A DNA stretch of 64,000 nucleotides, taken from positions 1-64,000 of the IMG/VR virus record IMGVR_UViG_3300028591_000134; one strand, given 5' to 3'. Both the position numbers and the translations under genes were made by a program. Shown here piece after piece: positions 41,201 through 52,195 of this stretch. The stretch is from a virus (taxonomy: Duplodnaviria; Caudoviricetes). Within the stretch, counting starts at the first letter, position 1; the number at the start of each line of letters is the position of its first letter. Under the pieces are notes generated by a model. That model saw only the letters and a list, made by a program, of their open reading frames with translations, was not told the origin of the DNA and did no database searches.

Positions 41201-42839
41201 GTCAGGATTAACAGATATATCCAATACTGAAGATATAGAAGCATTAGCCGCATCTAATATATTAGATGTTCTATCTAGAAACTATTGGTTTGATAGTTCT
41301 ATAGTACCAATTCACATTCTTACAACTAATCCTACTAAAAACGGATTCCAATCTTCAACTAGAGAAGTTTAGGAATTTACAGGTCATGATATTTATGACG
41401 AAGAGAGTGGAAGGAGTTTCCCAACATTTATTGCTACTACACGAGTTAGCGGCGATAGTAGGTTTATTAAAATTAGAAAAGGAACCTCATCATTCCTTTA
41501 TAGGAAAATAGGTGTTGTAGATAGAACGTATAAAGAGGAAGAAAATGCTACAGATAACGCTAAGAAAAATCGCGTAAAGCCTAATAAGTATTCTATTTAT
41601 ATAGCGGTTCCTAAAGCTGGAATACGATCCGGAAATATAACCCAATTTGAATTATATTGTAATTATAGTACTTAGTCTATCTTTGATACAAATATTCTCG
41701 ATGTGGATTATGCTGAAGACAATGTGCGTAAAGAGATAAACGAGTATCTTTAGGACGGTGATTATAAACTGAATTTAATTTGGGATTATGATGAAATTCC
41801 GGATATGTATTTATCCTCTAATACCAAATCCTACGTAGATACGTCTACCCCAGCAGATCAGCCAGTTAAACGATCTATAACTGGCGCTACAATTTTAGGA
41901 AAAAAGAGTGGAGAATATTCTGGACAATATAATGCGGATATAACTATAGATATAGTTCAGAGTCCTACAGAAGGTGATGTTGAGAGGCCTAATATTAAAA
42001 AGCTTAAGAACGGTGTAGAAAACAATGTTGTAGAATTGGCGTTGGTTGGTGATATGTCTGATACAATTAAGAAGATAAAAGATATTAAACAAGAAAATGT
42101 TAAAATTCATTTTTCTACTGTCAGATTTGATGGTCAATTTGATGTCGGCGATGAAGAAATAAACGACTATATTAATCAACAATTAGATATCTATAAACAG
42201 TTCTATTTTGGAGACGATTTGGACTCTGCATTAGAAGCAAAACGTTAGGCTCTTGTTGCCGATAAACGCACAAAGCAAAATGTAATTCAGAATAAACTTA
42301 ACTCTAGAATATATGAATTTGTATTACAACTTATTAATTCTGGAGTATCTATAGATAAGTTTAGTGCCGCCGTTTCTAATGACAAGACACATTTGGCAAA
42401 GACTGTTATGTATTTAAAATCTCAAATCGGTCTTAATTTTGGCTCTGACAATATGTCGATATATGTCGATAAAGAGTTTACACAAAAGAAGAAAAAATTC
42501 AATAGATTGTTGTCTCAACTTGGCGATATTGTTGGAGGATCTGAAAGCTCAATAGAACAAGACTAGAATATAGATTCTAGTATAGATGTTCCAGTGCAAG
42601 AAATAGATGGAATTTCTGAACAAGCTGCTGCATCAAATGTTTCTAGAATTAGTAGATTTGAATCGGCAACTGGATTTGATTTATCAGAAAGTTCTGAAGA
42701 ATCTAATGATGTTCCTCCTATATTGAAATAGGTTCAAGATGTTGAGCAAGATAAGGAAAATAGTAAAAACCAGGAATGCGCTGGCGGGTCTAGATTTAGT
42801 AGATTTGAAAACGCAACTGGTAGTTTTGAAGTAGAATAA
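26202..42839 (+). CDS. Giant virion DNA-dependent RNA polymerase polyprotein, ~5,545 aa (TAG=Gln)
   Basis: Twenty plus-strand track ORFs across 26.2-42.3 kb share one frame, and a spot-checked gap contained only TAG stops. Catalytic double-psi beta-barrel motifs GYRIPTQG (~38,835) and TGSDFDVDK (DFDVD 38,955-38,969), zincin HEAWH (~33,564), end at TAA 42,837-42,839. Not every inter-ORF gap was translated codon by codon. Confidence 0.85.
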
Positions 42840-42841
42840 TT

Positions 42842-45800
42842 ATGATTTGCCCATATTATAGAAATAAAGAAGTATTTGACGGCTTCAATGAGATGATTGA
42901 AGCGTTTGGAGGCAAACCAATGACCGAAGAAGAATTCAGGGACGGTGAGTTAAGAAATTAGCGCACCGGCCTTGACTTCTAGGCAATGGAAGCTGCCTAT
43001 GTAATGTATGATAGAAATGGAGGTAATCTATTAGATAAAACTCCTTAGGGCAAATAGTCCTTTCTATTTCAAACATTATTAGATTATTTTGATGGCAATA
43101 GAGCTAAAGCTATTGTTGCTAAATCTAATGTATATTCTGACGAATTCTTCAACTGGTTTGGAGATTGGACCGCTGAAGAGAAAGAAAACGTATCTAAGGT
43201 GGTAGACGAAAACGGAGAACCACTTGCTGTGTGGCACGGTTCTCCTAATTCCGGCATACAATAGTTTAGTAGAGATTTAATAGGGACTACTTCAGATCAA
43301 GGCGTTTTTGGAAAAGGTTTTTATTTTACTCCATCAAAATCATACGCAAGACAATATGGCGATAATTTATATTTAGTATATTTAGATATAAAAAATCCTA
43401 TATACAAACCGTCAGACTCCGATGTGATTGGCAGAACATACGAGGAAGTGTCTATGGATGTTAATAAAGCGTATTAGTCTATGTATGATAGATAGATAAA
43501 ACGTGGTAAGTCTGAACAAGAAGCTAAAAACTCCGCCGAAAGACACAAGAAGATGGTACAACAATTTAATGAACGAATGAACTTGTTGATACAAGAAAAT
43601 CATGACGGCGGTATATATTTAGAAAGAACAACAAACCAAATAAAGCCATCAGAAGAACAAATTGTTGTAGTAAATCCAAATCAAATAAAGCATATAGAAA
43701 ATCTTGGTACATGGTCTACTGAAAATGATAGCATCTATAAAAGCAAATTAGATGTTGCAAATTTGGAAGATGTAGATTATCTGGATTCTATTACTTATAG
43801 CGATCTAGGTCAAAATATATTCTCAAGATTGGTGAGTAATCTATATGTAAGTTCTGATGAAATTATTTCTTAGTTAAAAGCTGTTGGATGCTTTTCCGCG
43901 TCAAATATATTTCTTTCAGAAATGTTATAGAGGCATTCTATACCTGTAATACTTGACGAGGCGTTAGAAAAAGATACTGCAGCAGAAGCAAGATTTGATA
44001 AAAATAAAGGATTTGTATATATTGCTGTAAATCCGTACTGGATTGAAGGTGGTATGCTATCTAAAGAAAATTTCGGACGCATATTCCTACATGAAGTCGT
44101 TCATGGAGTAACTATAAAGGCCATATACTTCAAGTCCAATAAATTCGAATAGTCTTTTGCAAACCACAACAATAAGATGTGGAGAATCGCGAAAAATGCG
44201 TTTGATAAATACATAGGTGCGCACAATTCTGATATAAGTTTCTATGCAATAAACGACGAATACGAATTTGCTTCAGAGTTTATTACGAATAGTTCAGCTA
44301 GAGAGATAATATACGGGTTGTTTGAACGTTTGGATAATGATTCTCAAAATAAATTCGTTACTGCATTTAAGAATTTTATAAATAGTATAGTTCGTTTGTT
44401 TGTAAATAAGGATTTATTTAAAACAAACACTTAGAAGTTGTAGGAATTCCAAAAACAATTTATTGATTATCTATCTGGAGTAGAAACTGTATAGAACGGA
44501 AATGTAAATATAGATTAGGTTAAACGTGCTTATTGGAAGTTTAACAAGAAGCAACTGGTAGATTAGGCTTTTGGTGAAAATATTACGTCTTTAAGCCACG
44601 CTTATAAAATGGCCACAATTACTTTAAGTAAACCGGCTAAAGACAAAGTATATCGATTTGAAGATGTCGCACAGAAGTTGGAGGTGAGGGTTAAGGCAAT
44701 AAGGACGTCATCTTTGCCTAAATCTGACAAAACAAAGCTTATAAATTCTACAAATTCGTAGATAGAAATGTTTAGAAATCAGCAGCTTTCCAAGTTTGTA
44801 GCCATTACTTCTACGTTGAGACAGATAATTCCTCAATTGTTGGATGACGTTAGGGAAATATTAAATATAAGTAAAGACGATTCCAGAACTCTTCCTTCCA
44901 AAGATTATATGTATCAACTACATAGTAATATAGGAACTTATAAGAATATTGCTGAAATCCTTGGAGGATTAATAACCCAAAATACTACAAGAGAACAACT
45001 ATTGACTGAGTATAATCGCGGTCTTCCTGAAGATTAGAAATTAACAGACGACGATATAGAAGAACTTAAAAATTCTATAAACGATTTAAAAAATATAACT
45101 TCAGATGGAGAATCTGCTTTAAATATACTCGGAGAACGAGCAGCAGTAGAGGCGCTTAAGAAAAAAGCACAAGACGAACAAACCGCCGAGTAGATGGAAA
45201 AATATCTTGAAGAAATATCTGAAAATCCCGCGTTCGATGACGATATTGGTTGGTTTGCTGCAAATTTCGGTGCTGCAGATTCTCAATCTAATGAGGCTCT
45301 TCGAGCTTTAGCTTCTATGGTAAATAGAGCATTATAGAAAGCTGATGATGCCACGTTAGATAAAACTTTAAAGTTACTAAAGTTAGAAAGAGATCTTAAG
45401 TTTGGTGAATCTGTTGTAGATTTATATGAAACTGATGATAATGGTCTGACTACCGGATATTTAATCCGAAAATTAAATTATGGTAAGTTCTATAGAAATT
45501 ACGATAACGAGTTAATTAGGATAAATAGATTGTTCAACAAGGAATTTAAGAATACAGAAGGTTACTATCTTGTAGAAGACACTTAGAGAATTGCTCCAGA
45601 TATAGATATTGTAATTTCAAATCAGTAGGCAATAGACTTAGGACTAAATATTGTAGACAAAAACAATAATCCTGTCGAGTGGACAATAAGATAGGCGTGG
45701 AACGAACTTAGGAGTAAATGGCTTTATGAAAATTGTGAGCGAAAGTATACTAAAGCATACTATGACGCTTGGAATAAAGTTCCTCAAGTCGCAAAAGATG

Positions 45801-48800
45801 CACTAGACGCAATAAACTCAGAAATATTGTCTATATTATCTCAAGAAGGAGTTCTTGATGATGATGGTCATTATCACTACGATAGATTGTCAGATAAAGA
45901 TTGGAAAATTCTAGAGGATTTGTGGATACAAAAGAAAGTACTTCGTTCTGATTATGATTTGTTTGGAAATAAAAAAGAAGAAGGTTCTATTCCATGGAAA
46001 ATTGCAAAAGCTTTACAATAGTTAAACGAAGATTTATATCACGGAAAAGATCGCAAAATTTAGAAAGATGTTTCTGCTTGGAAACTAGCATTAAATAAAG
46101 AAATAGAAGAATGCGGCGGCATTGATAAATTTAATGCTTGGAAATCTGGAGAAAAAAATCACGGCTTCAACGTAAAGCGTTATAAAAAATGGCATCTTAG
46201 AAATTCTAGACTTGAATTTAAGAAGGATTCTGATGGCGAGGCTATAATTTTTAAAGATATCGAAGACGCTATGTAGGGCTATGATATAGATTACGGGCCA
46301 GAATATGAAGAGTTAAAGGAATAGATAAATAAAATATTAAAACCGTACAGAGCGCAAAACGGTGAGGTAATTGCGCAGGAAATACCAGAATCTGTTAAAA
46401 ATACTTTATTGGATATTTATTCTCAACAAAGGTAGATTAGAGCATAGGTATATGAAAATAATCCAGCATTGGGCGAATTAGCTGCAAAAAAATCAGAAAT
46501 ATATAAATCGTTTATTGTAAACGTTGATACAGAATATTTTAAAGCATTAAAGAAAGAATTATCTAAATCTGCTATCGACGATGAAGGTTAGTTCGATTAG
46601 GACTTATATGAGGCAATGTTGGATTCTTACGGTTTTCATGAATTTGACGACCTTAGTGGTATGGATTTGGGATTTGTACCATATAGATGGTTACAGCGAA
46701 TGGAAGCCGTAGATAAAGATAAGTATATGGAATATGTTCCAGGTGATGCTTGGATAGAAAAAGTAGACGATGAAGAATTTGTAAATTCTAAGTATACTGA
46801 ATTGTCTAAATAGGAAGGCAATGAAGACACGGCATTTATACCTAAAGCTTTTGACAATAAAGGAAATAAACTTTATGATAATAGTGAAGCTTTTTCTAAA
46901 TTTGATAAAACTTCATCTAATTATTCTTCTACTTTAAGAGCTATGTATGATGGCGCTCTTAATACTATGCGTGAATCCAACGAAATGCAATCGAACAGAC
47001 AGTATGTTGATAATTATCTACTTCCGTAGATTACGGGATCCATATTTAAAAGAATGAAACGTCATCCGTGGTTTAATAGGCACTTGGCTATTATTCGTTG
47101 GATAAGGCATAAACTTGGTGGCAATTTTGTAGAAACTCGTCCAGACAAAATAACAGTAGTATTTAGGGCAATTAAAGAATTAATTGGTCTTGGTATAAAT
47201 TCTGACGACTTATCTCAAGCTGGATTATCACAAGCTGCTGATACTACAGATAGTGAAGGAAATACTAAAGTAAGTAATGCCATTCATGGGCAATATGCTG
47301 ATGGTAGAACATTTCATATACTTCCTCAATATTATACAAGACGTATGGAAGATCCATCTTAGATTTCTTCCGATCTTGTAAATATATTAAGTAATTATTA
47401 TAAAATGTCCTCATACTACAATCAAAAACTACAAATAAAAGACGATTGCGAAACTATTGTAGACTTTTTAAAAAATAGGGGCGTCAAACGTAAAAAATAT
47501 GTAGTTGCTGGAGATTATGTTGACTCTAGGGTTTATTCGTTTGCTTAGAAGTTTCTTGAAATGAATTTGTATGATATGCGTCGTACAAATAAGAAGATAA
47601 AACTTGGTAAACTCGAATGGAATTATTCTAAAACTGCGTCTACTTGGAAAAATTGGGCTACGGCTAGAAACTTGGGTTTAAACCCAAAAGTCGCCCTTAC
47701 TGGATTTATGACGTCTATGGGTATGCATATTATAAATTCTTTAGTTGGTCAAAATTATAGTATGAATGACTCGGGATTCGCTTTTGCAGAATCTATTCGT
47801 AGACTCTTTTAGAGTTGTATAGGAGTTAGGTACCTATGTAATCCGTCGCTGTCTAACGACGATTTGATTGTAATGGCTGAACAATTTAATGTATCTAGCT
47901 AGGCTGAAAGAAAATTTGAGGGATCTAATAGAAATCCTATTTTATAGGCTGCTTATAGACATAGTGTATTTGGATTTATGTCTATGGCTGATTTTTGGTC
48001 AAAAACTCAAATAATGACTGCGGTATTGCATAATCACAGGTATATAAACGGACAATTCTTATCTAAAGATGATTTACGCAGCTCTAGATATAAATATGCT
48101 TCCGATAAAGATTTTAAAAAAGCTTTAGCTGAATGGAAAAAAGGTCCGTCTTTATACCATTTATTACATAGTAAAGATGGCGAGCTTACTATCGCAGATA
48201 AATATAAAGACGCGTGGTTACAATGTAAAGATGTTGTAAAAGATAGAGTACAAAAAACTGCAGAATATGCAGATGGAATGGCTACTCCTCTTTAGAAAGC
48301 CGCAATAACTTAGAGTATAATAGGTAGCCTTATATTAATACACCGTCAATATCTACCTCTTATTCTTCAACGTCATTGGGGTAAACGAGTATATGACTAT
48401 GATTCGCACATGTATAAAAACGGAGTATTCAGAACTTTATTTTAGTTCGTCACTGAAATGATGAAGAATAATCTTTTATTAGGCATCGGCTGCGGAATGT
48501 TCACTGGATTTGTATTTGGAGGAACTATCGGATCTGCATTAGGCGCTTCCGCTGGAGTTTTCTTAAGAGCATATGGAGCATCATATGGTTCAAATAAAAG
48601 CGCAAAAACTGTAACAAAAGAATTCTTTTCAGATTTTTAGAGCAAAGAATTGTCAATGTAGTCTTATGCTAATAGATATGCTATGAAAGAGGTGTTTTTT
48701 GTAAATCTTATAATGTATACAATAGTTTAGCCTTTGGTAGCAATGGCATGTTCTATTGCAGATGATGACAAAGACGATAGATGGTGGATGCAAGCTTTAT

Positions 48801-49165
48801 TATACTCCTTACGAGCATTTGAGTGGGAATTCTATACTGCCTATAGAACAGATGATGTATTAAATAACATTAAATCTCCGTCTGCAGCACAATCTATTAT
48901 TGACGGATTAGAAGAACTCGCATTTACTGCTTCTCCACAAACAAATTTCCTATAGGATCCGTCATAGTCTTGGGATGCTGTTGTAGATGTTGTTAATAAA
49001 AATAATAGAACTATTAAAAAGGGTGCATATAAAGATTGGACTTCATTAGAAAGAGCCTTGTTTAAACTTACACCGTATCATAATGTTTGGGAACAATATA
49101 AAGATTCTAAATCTAAACGAAAATATCTTGAAAACCAAATTATGAGAATTAAAAAACCAGAATAA
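42842..49165 (+). CDS. Large polyvalent virion protein, ~2,107 aa: ART-PolyVal ADP-ribosyltransferase-like domain, zincin, C-terminal TM helices (TAG=Gln)
   Basis: FFNWFGDW...SKVVDENGEPLAVWHGS...GKGFYFT...YLDIKNP...NPNQIKH motif set, HEVVH at ~44,090, and hydrophobic helices near 48.5-48.75 kb. All plus-strand track ORFs in the span are in frame. Confidence 0.8.
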
Positions 49166-49166
49166 T

Positions 49167-49213
49167 AAAAAAATAAATCCGGACTACTCTTACGAGCGGC
49201 CCGGATTTTTCTT
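49167..49213. terminator. Bidirectional intrinsic terminator between convergent late and early arms
   Basis: AAATCCGG...CCGGATTT inverted repeat with an inner CTC-TTAC-GAG stem, an A-tract on the left and a T-tract on the right, between two convergent stop codons. Confidence 0.85.
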
Positions 49214-49547
49214 ATTGTCCAACTATATTATTCAGCAGCTTTTTTTCTCCCGCGTTTGGTGTAAATGTGTGCATTTTACACATTATAAGATCTTTGTCTT
49301 TTGTTTTTGCTAAAAATTTTCCACACAACATTCCGTTTTCAAATTTTGTTAACACGTGTTGAGTTTCTTTGCAAAATTTCCATCTTAAATATTTATATTC
49401 ATTTTTAGATACAGGCTTGTAGTAGAGCTTTAACTCTACTACTTGTCCTGTATTTTTTATTTGAATATCTTTTAGAGACTTTTTTAACAAAAGACTAGAA
49501 TCTTCAATTATGTAATTTGCTATTATTATTTCTTTTTCTTTCTTCAC
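49212..49547 (-). CDS. Hypothetical basic protein, 111 aa
   Basis: Intact ORF, last gene of the minus-strand operon before the terminator. Confidence 0.6.
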   Translation of the reverse strand: MKKEKEIIIANYIIEDSSLLLKKSLKDIQIKNTGQVVELKLYYKPVSKNEYKYLRWKFCKETQHVLTKFENGMLCGKFLAKTKDKDLIMCKMHTFTPNAGEKKLLNNIVGQ

Positions 49548-49764
49548 GAAGCTTTTTAAAAATTTCAGATTGTTCCTTTATAGAGTTTTCATCGTCACTA
49601 AATTCTATTTCATCCTCATTTAAAAACTCTGTGTCATCTTCGTTTAAAAATTCTACATCATCTTCATTTGAGAATTCAATATCATCAGTTTCATATTCAA
49701 ACTCAAAATCTGTTACTTCGCTATCTATAGAATTTTGGTCTTTAATTTCTAAATTGTCTTTCAT
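49504..49764 (-). CDS. Highly acidic small protein with 8-aa repeats, 86 aa
   Basis: ATGA-coupled to the nuclease gene. Repeats EFSNEDDV/EFLNEDDT/EFLNEDEI/EFSDDENS. Confidence 0.6.
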   Translation of the reverse strand: MKDNLEIKDQNSIDSEVTDFEFEYETDDIEFSNEDDVEFLNEDDTEFLNEDEIEFSDDENSIKEQSEIFKKLREERKRNNNSKLHN

Positions 49765-50807
49765 AAATTTAAAGTTTCTGAACCATCACCCTCATAATAT
49801 TCTCTACTATGATCCCACTTATCGTTAGATTGATGCCAAGCAATTTCTAATAAAGTGTTATCTATAACACAATATCTAGATTCTACCATATAAGAATCAA
49901 TCTTAAATACACGAATTTCATAACTACCCGTAGTATCTATACCAACGATATAATATTCAAAAGACCAATTTTTATGATCTTCTCCACACTCATTGTCTAA
50001 ATACCACCTGACAGCCATAGTATAATACATAAGTTGTCTAAGATAGTCATACTGGTCTATACTATCCTCAAAGTACCACAACTTTTGTGTAGTCTTCAAG
50101 ACATAGATAATAGCTTTCTTATTCTTAAAATCAAGACTAAGACCATCCAATAAGGATTTACAAGCTATTGGCATCTCACCATAATATTCCCAGTTTATAT
50201 GGAATTCATGGTGAAATTCTAATTCTATTATTCTAGAATCGCCATCCGGTATTGTTTTTATACAACTGTTACCAGATTCTTTCATCCATTCGTGCGGCCA
50301 AATAATATTTTGCGCAAGTTTGTGAGACTGGATGTTATGCTTAATTTTCTCAAGCATTTTGGCATCCCAAGGAGTTATCATAATCCTTCCATCATTTGCT
50401 TTCAGGAAGTCTATATAATCCTTCAACGTAGAGGCTATTTTAAGCCCTTCTGAGAGCATTAAATCGTCTGACTTACCTTTTGTACTGTAAGACTCTTTAT
50501 ATGCGCTTAGAATGGCTTTATCGGGCTCAATTTCGACTGAAGATGCTAACTCCTGACAGAACTTCTCCTGCTGTGCAGACGAAGGTCTACTTTTGTCCCA
50601 GACTACATAGTCTTTTTGGAACTCTTCAGGCTGCAGAATATATTCGTGAATCATTGTTCCACGCTCCAACACAGAATTCTTTTCTTCTGGAGGAGGATCT
50701 GTAAGCATCTTATGTAAATAGGCTGGTCCCTTCTGTAGAAACCAGCCTATGTTCGAATTACTGATGCGAGTTCTATCAGTGTAGTAATTTTCTGTGGAAT
50801 TATTCAT
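49761..50807 (-). CDS. PD-(D/E)XK exonuclease (exonuclease VIII/DUF3799-like)
   Basis: ISNSNIG, LERGTMIHEYILQP, KSLLD, LKTT and YLRQLMYY motifs. Likely start is ATG 50,807 rather than the track's 50,831. Confidence 0.78.
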   Translation of the reverse strand: MNNSTENYYTDRTRISNSNIGWFLQKGPAYLHKMLTDPPPEEKNSVLERGTMIHEYILQPEEFQKDYVVWDKSRPSSAQQEKFCQELASSVEIEPDKAILSAYKESYSTKGKSDDLMLSEGLKIASTLKDYIDFLKANDGRIMITPWDAKMLEKIKHNIQSHKLAQNIIWPHEWMKESGNSCIKTIPDGDSRIIELEFHHEFHINWEYYGEMPIACKSLLDGLSLDFKNKKAIIYVLKTTQKLWYFEDSIDQYDYLRQLMYYTMAVRWYLDNECGEDHKNWSFEYYIVGIDTTGSYEIRVFKIDSYMVESRYCVIDNTLLEIAWHQSNDKWDHSREYYEGDGSETLNL

Positions 50808-50889
50808 AATATCTCCATTTAAATCCAGCACAATGAGTTCGTTCGCCTTTACAGCATTTTATCATATTTCCTATTCCTAATGTATTCAT
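50800..50889 (-). pseudogene. 29-aa NUMOD1-like mini-ORF (homing endonuclease remnant)
   Basis: MNTLGIGNMIKCCKGERTHCAGFKWRYYE. The IxxCCxGxRxxxxGFxWRY pattern is the NUMOD1 C-terminal signature. Its start overlaps the AAA gene stop (TAATG). Confidence 0.6.
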
Positions 50890-51680
50890 TAGTTCTTACT
50901 GGATAAGTTCATATCACTAAACAATTCCTCAAACGTGTCTTGAGGATTGTCATTAACTTCTTCTGCGAATGAAATGATATTGTCAAAACTTATACAGCTG
51001 AAATTCTCAACAATAAAGTCTGTAAGAGGTTTAGTTTCCTCTTTATCATTCAACTTATCATTAAGAATCTCTTGAATCATTGATGGCTGAAGCTCATCAA
51101 ACTCTCTCCAGTATCGTATACGAGAACATCTGTCAAACAGATATTCATTCACATCGTCTGTGTCATTACACGTACACACCACAAGCTTTTTACCCGTAGT
51201 ATTAATACCATCGAGGATTTTCAGGAGATAGTCATCATCATAATCTTCTCCAAGTTTATCGACTTCGTCCATTACTACGCATACATCAGTATCACCCAGT
51301 CTATTGAACATGTCAACCAACCTAGATGGACTTACACTACTGTCAATTAATATAATAGGAAGATTGGACTCTAGAGCTATTTCTTTGGCCATTATTGTTT
51401 TACCAGAACCTTTAAGTCCGGAAAGCATTACACCTGTTGTTCCATCTTCAGATTTGTTATAATGATTTAGCACTCGATTTATAAACTTAATATCATTCTC
51501 AGTTTTATAAACCTTTTCTGGCATTTGAAGATCCGGAGCAAGCCTTAAATATACAGCGTCAGACCAACGTTCTGACTTTACTATATACACTTTTCCGTTC
51601 TCCAAATCATAATCCAAACCTTCAGTTGAAGATTTAAAATGGACGTCTTCGCCCACCTTAATAAATTTTTTATTTTCCAT
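50889..51680 (-). CDS. AAA+ ATPase
   Basis: Walker A GLKGSGKT, Walker B VVMDEVDK, TCND and RCSRIRY. Confidence 0.85.
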   Translation of the reverse strand: MENKKFIKVGEDVHFKSSTEGLDYDLENGKVYIVKSERWSDAVYLRLAPDLQMPEKVYKTENDIKFINRVLNHYNKSEDGTTGVMLSGLKGSGKTIMAKEIALESNLPIILIDSSVSPSRLVDMFNRLGDTDVCVVMDEVDKLGEDYDDDYLLKILDGINTTGKKLVVCTCNDTDDVNEYLFDRCSRIRYWREFDELQPSMIQEILNDKLNDKEETKPLTDFIVENFSCISFDNIISFAEEVNDNPQDTFEELFSDMNLSSKN

Positions 51681-52062
51681 GATTTTCTGCAATTAATGAC
51701 TGAATCATTTCATCTACTTGCTTGTGATTTCTCACAAGAAATAGCTTTGTTTTCGCATGATGCCGTTTCAAGTAATACTTGAACAGCTTCCAACGAATTG
51801 GAAAGGAGTCTCCCATAAGACCTTTACATTCTACTATAAAACCTCGTCCAACGAAGTCTGGTAGATATGTAATAGGTCTTACTTTTTCTCCCATCCACTC
51901 GAACTTTGGAATTAAAGTGAAATGCTTTGGCTCATATTTAACAGGTATCCCTGCCTTCATAAAAGCTTCATACGTATAGAGTTCGAGTTTACTACGAAAA
52001 TGTAGTCCATACGCATCGACCTTCGTCGCATTTCTAACTTTACTTTTAGAGTTTGTCGGCAT
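51670..52062 (-). CDS. DUF1064-like PD-(D/E)XK endonuclease
   Basis: GLHFRSKLE...ITYLPDFV...IVECKG...RWKLFK motif set. Confidence 0.78.
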   Translation of the reverse strand: MPTNSKSKVRNATKVDAYGLHFRSKLELYTYEAFMKAGIPVKYEPKHFTLIPKFEWMGEKVRPITYLPDFVGRGFIVECKGLMGDSFPIRWKLFKYYLKRHHAKTKLFLVRNHKQVDEMIQSLIAENHGK

Positions 52063-52195
52063 ACTCCTCAAACAGCAATATCACTTGTTTTGGATACTCC
52101 TTATACTTTTTCAACATAAGTGCTGCAGTGGCATATATACCTGTAAAGAAACCGATGCCGAAGAAACCTACGGCAACCAAAATATTAGCTATCAT
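52046..52195 (-). CDS. Small membrane protein, 49 aa
   Basis: MIANILVAVGFFGIGFFTGIYATAALMLKKYKEYPKQVILLFEEYADKL. It fills the gap between primase and endonuclease with overlaps at both ends. Confidence 0.6.
   Translation of the reverse strand: MIANILVAVGFFGIGFFTGIYATAALMLKKYKEYPKQVILLFEEYADKL

Noticed and set aside
1471-46857. Minus-strand ORFs over the late arm (e.g. 4549-4947, 9966-10376, 23557-24021)
   Set aside because: They are antisense shadows of real genes, with Ser/Leu/Phe-rich composition and no recognisable motifs.
62-49165. The many short plus-strand ORFs read as pseudogenes or frameshifted fragments
   Set aside because: The fragments share frames and are separated only by TAG. 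Read-through restores full-length genes and ATGA overlaps.
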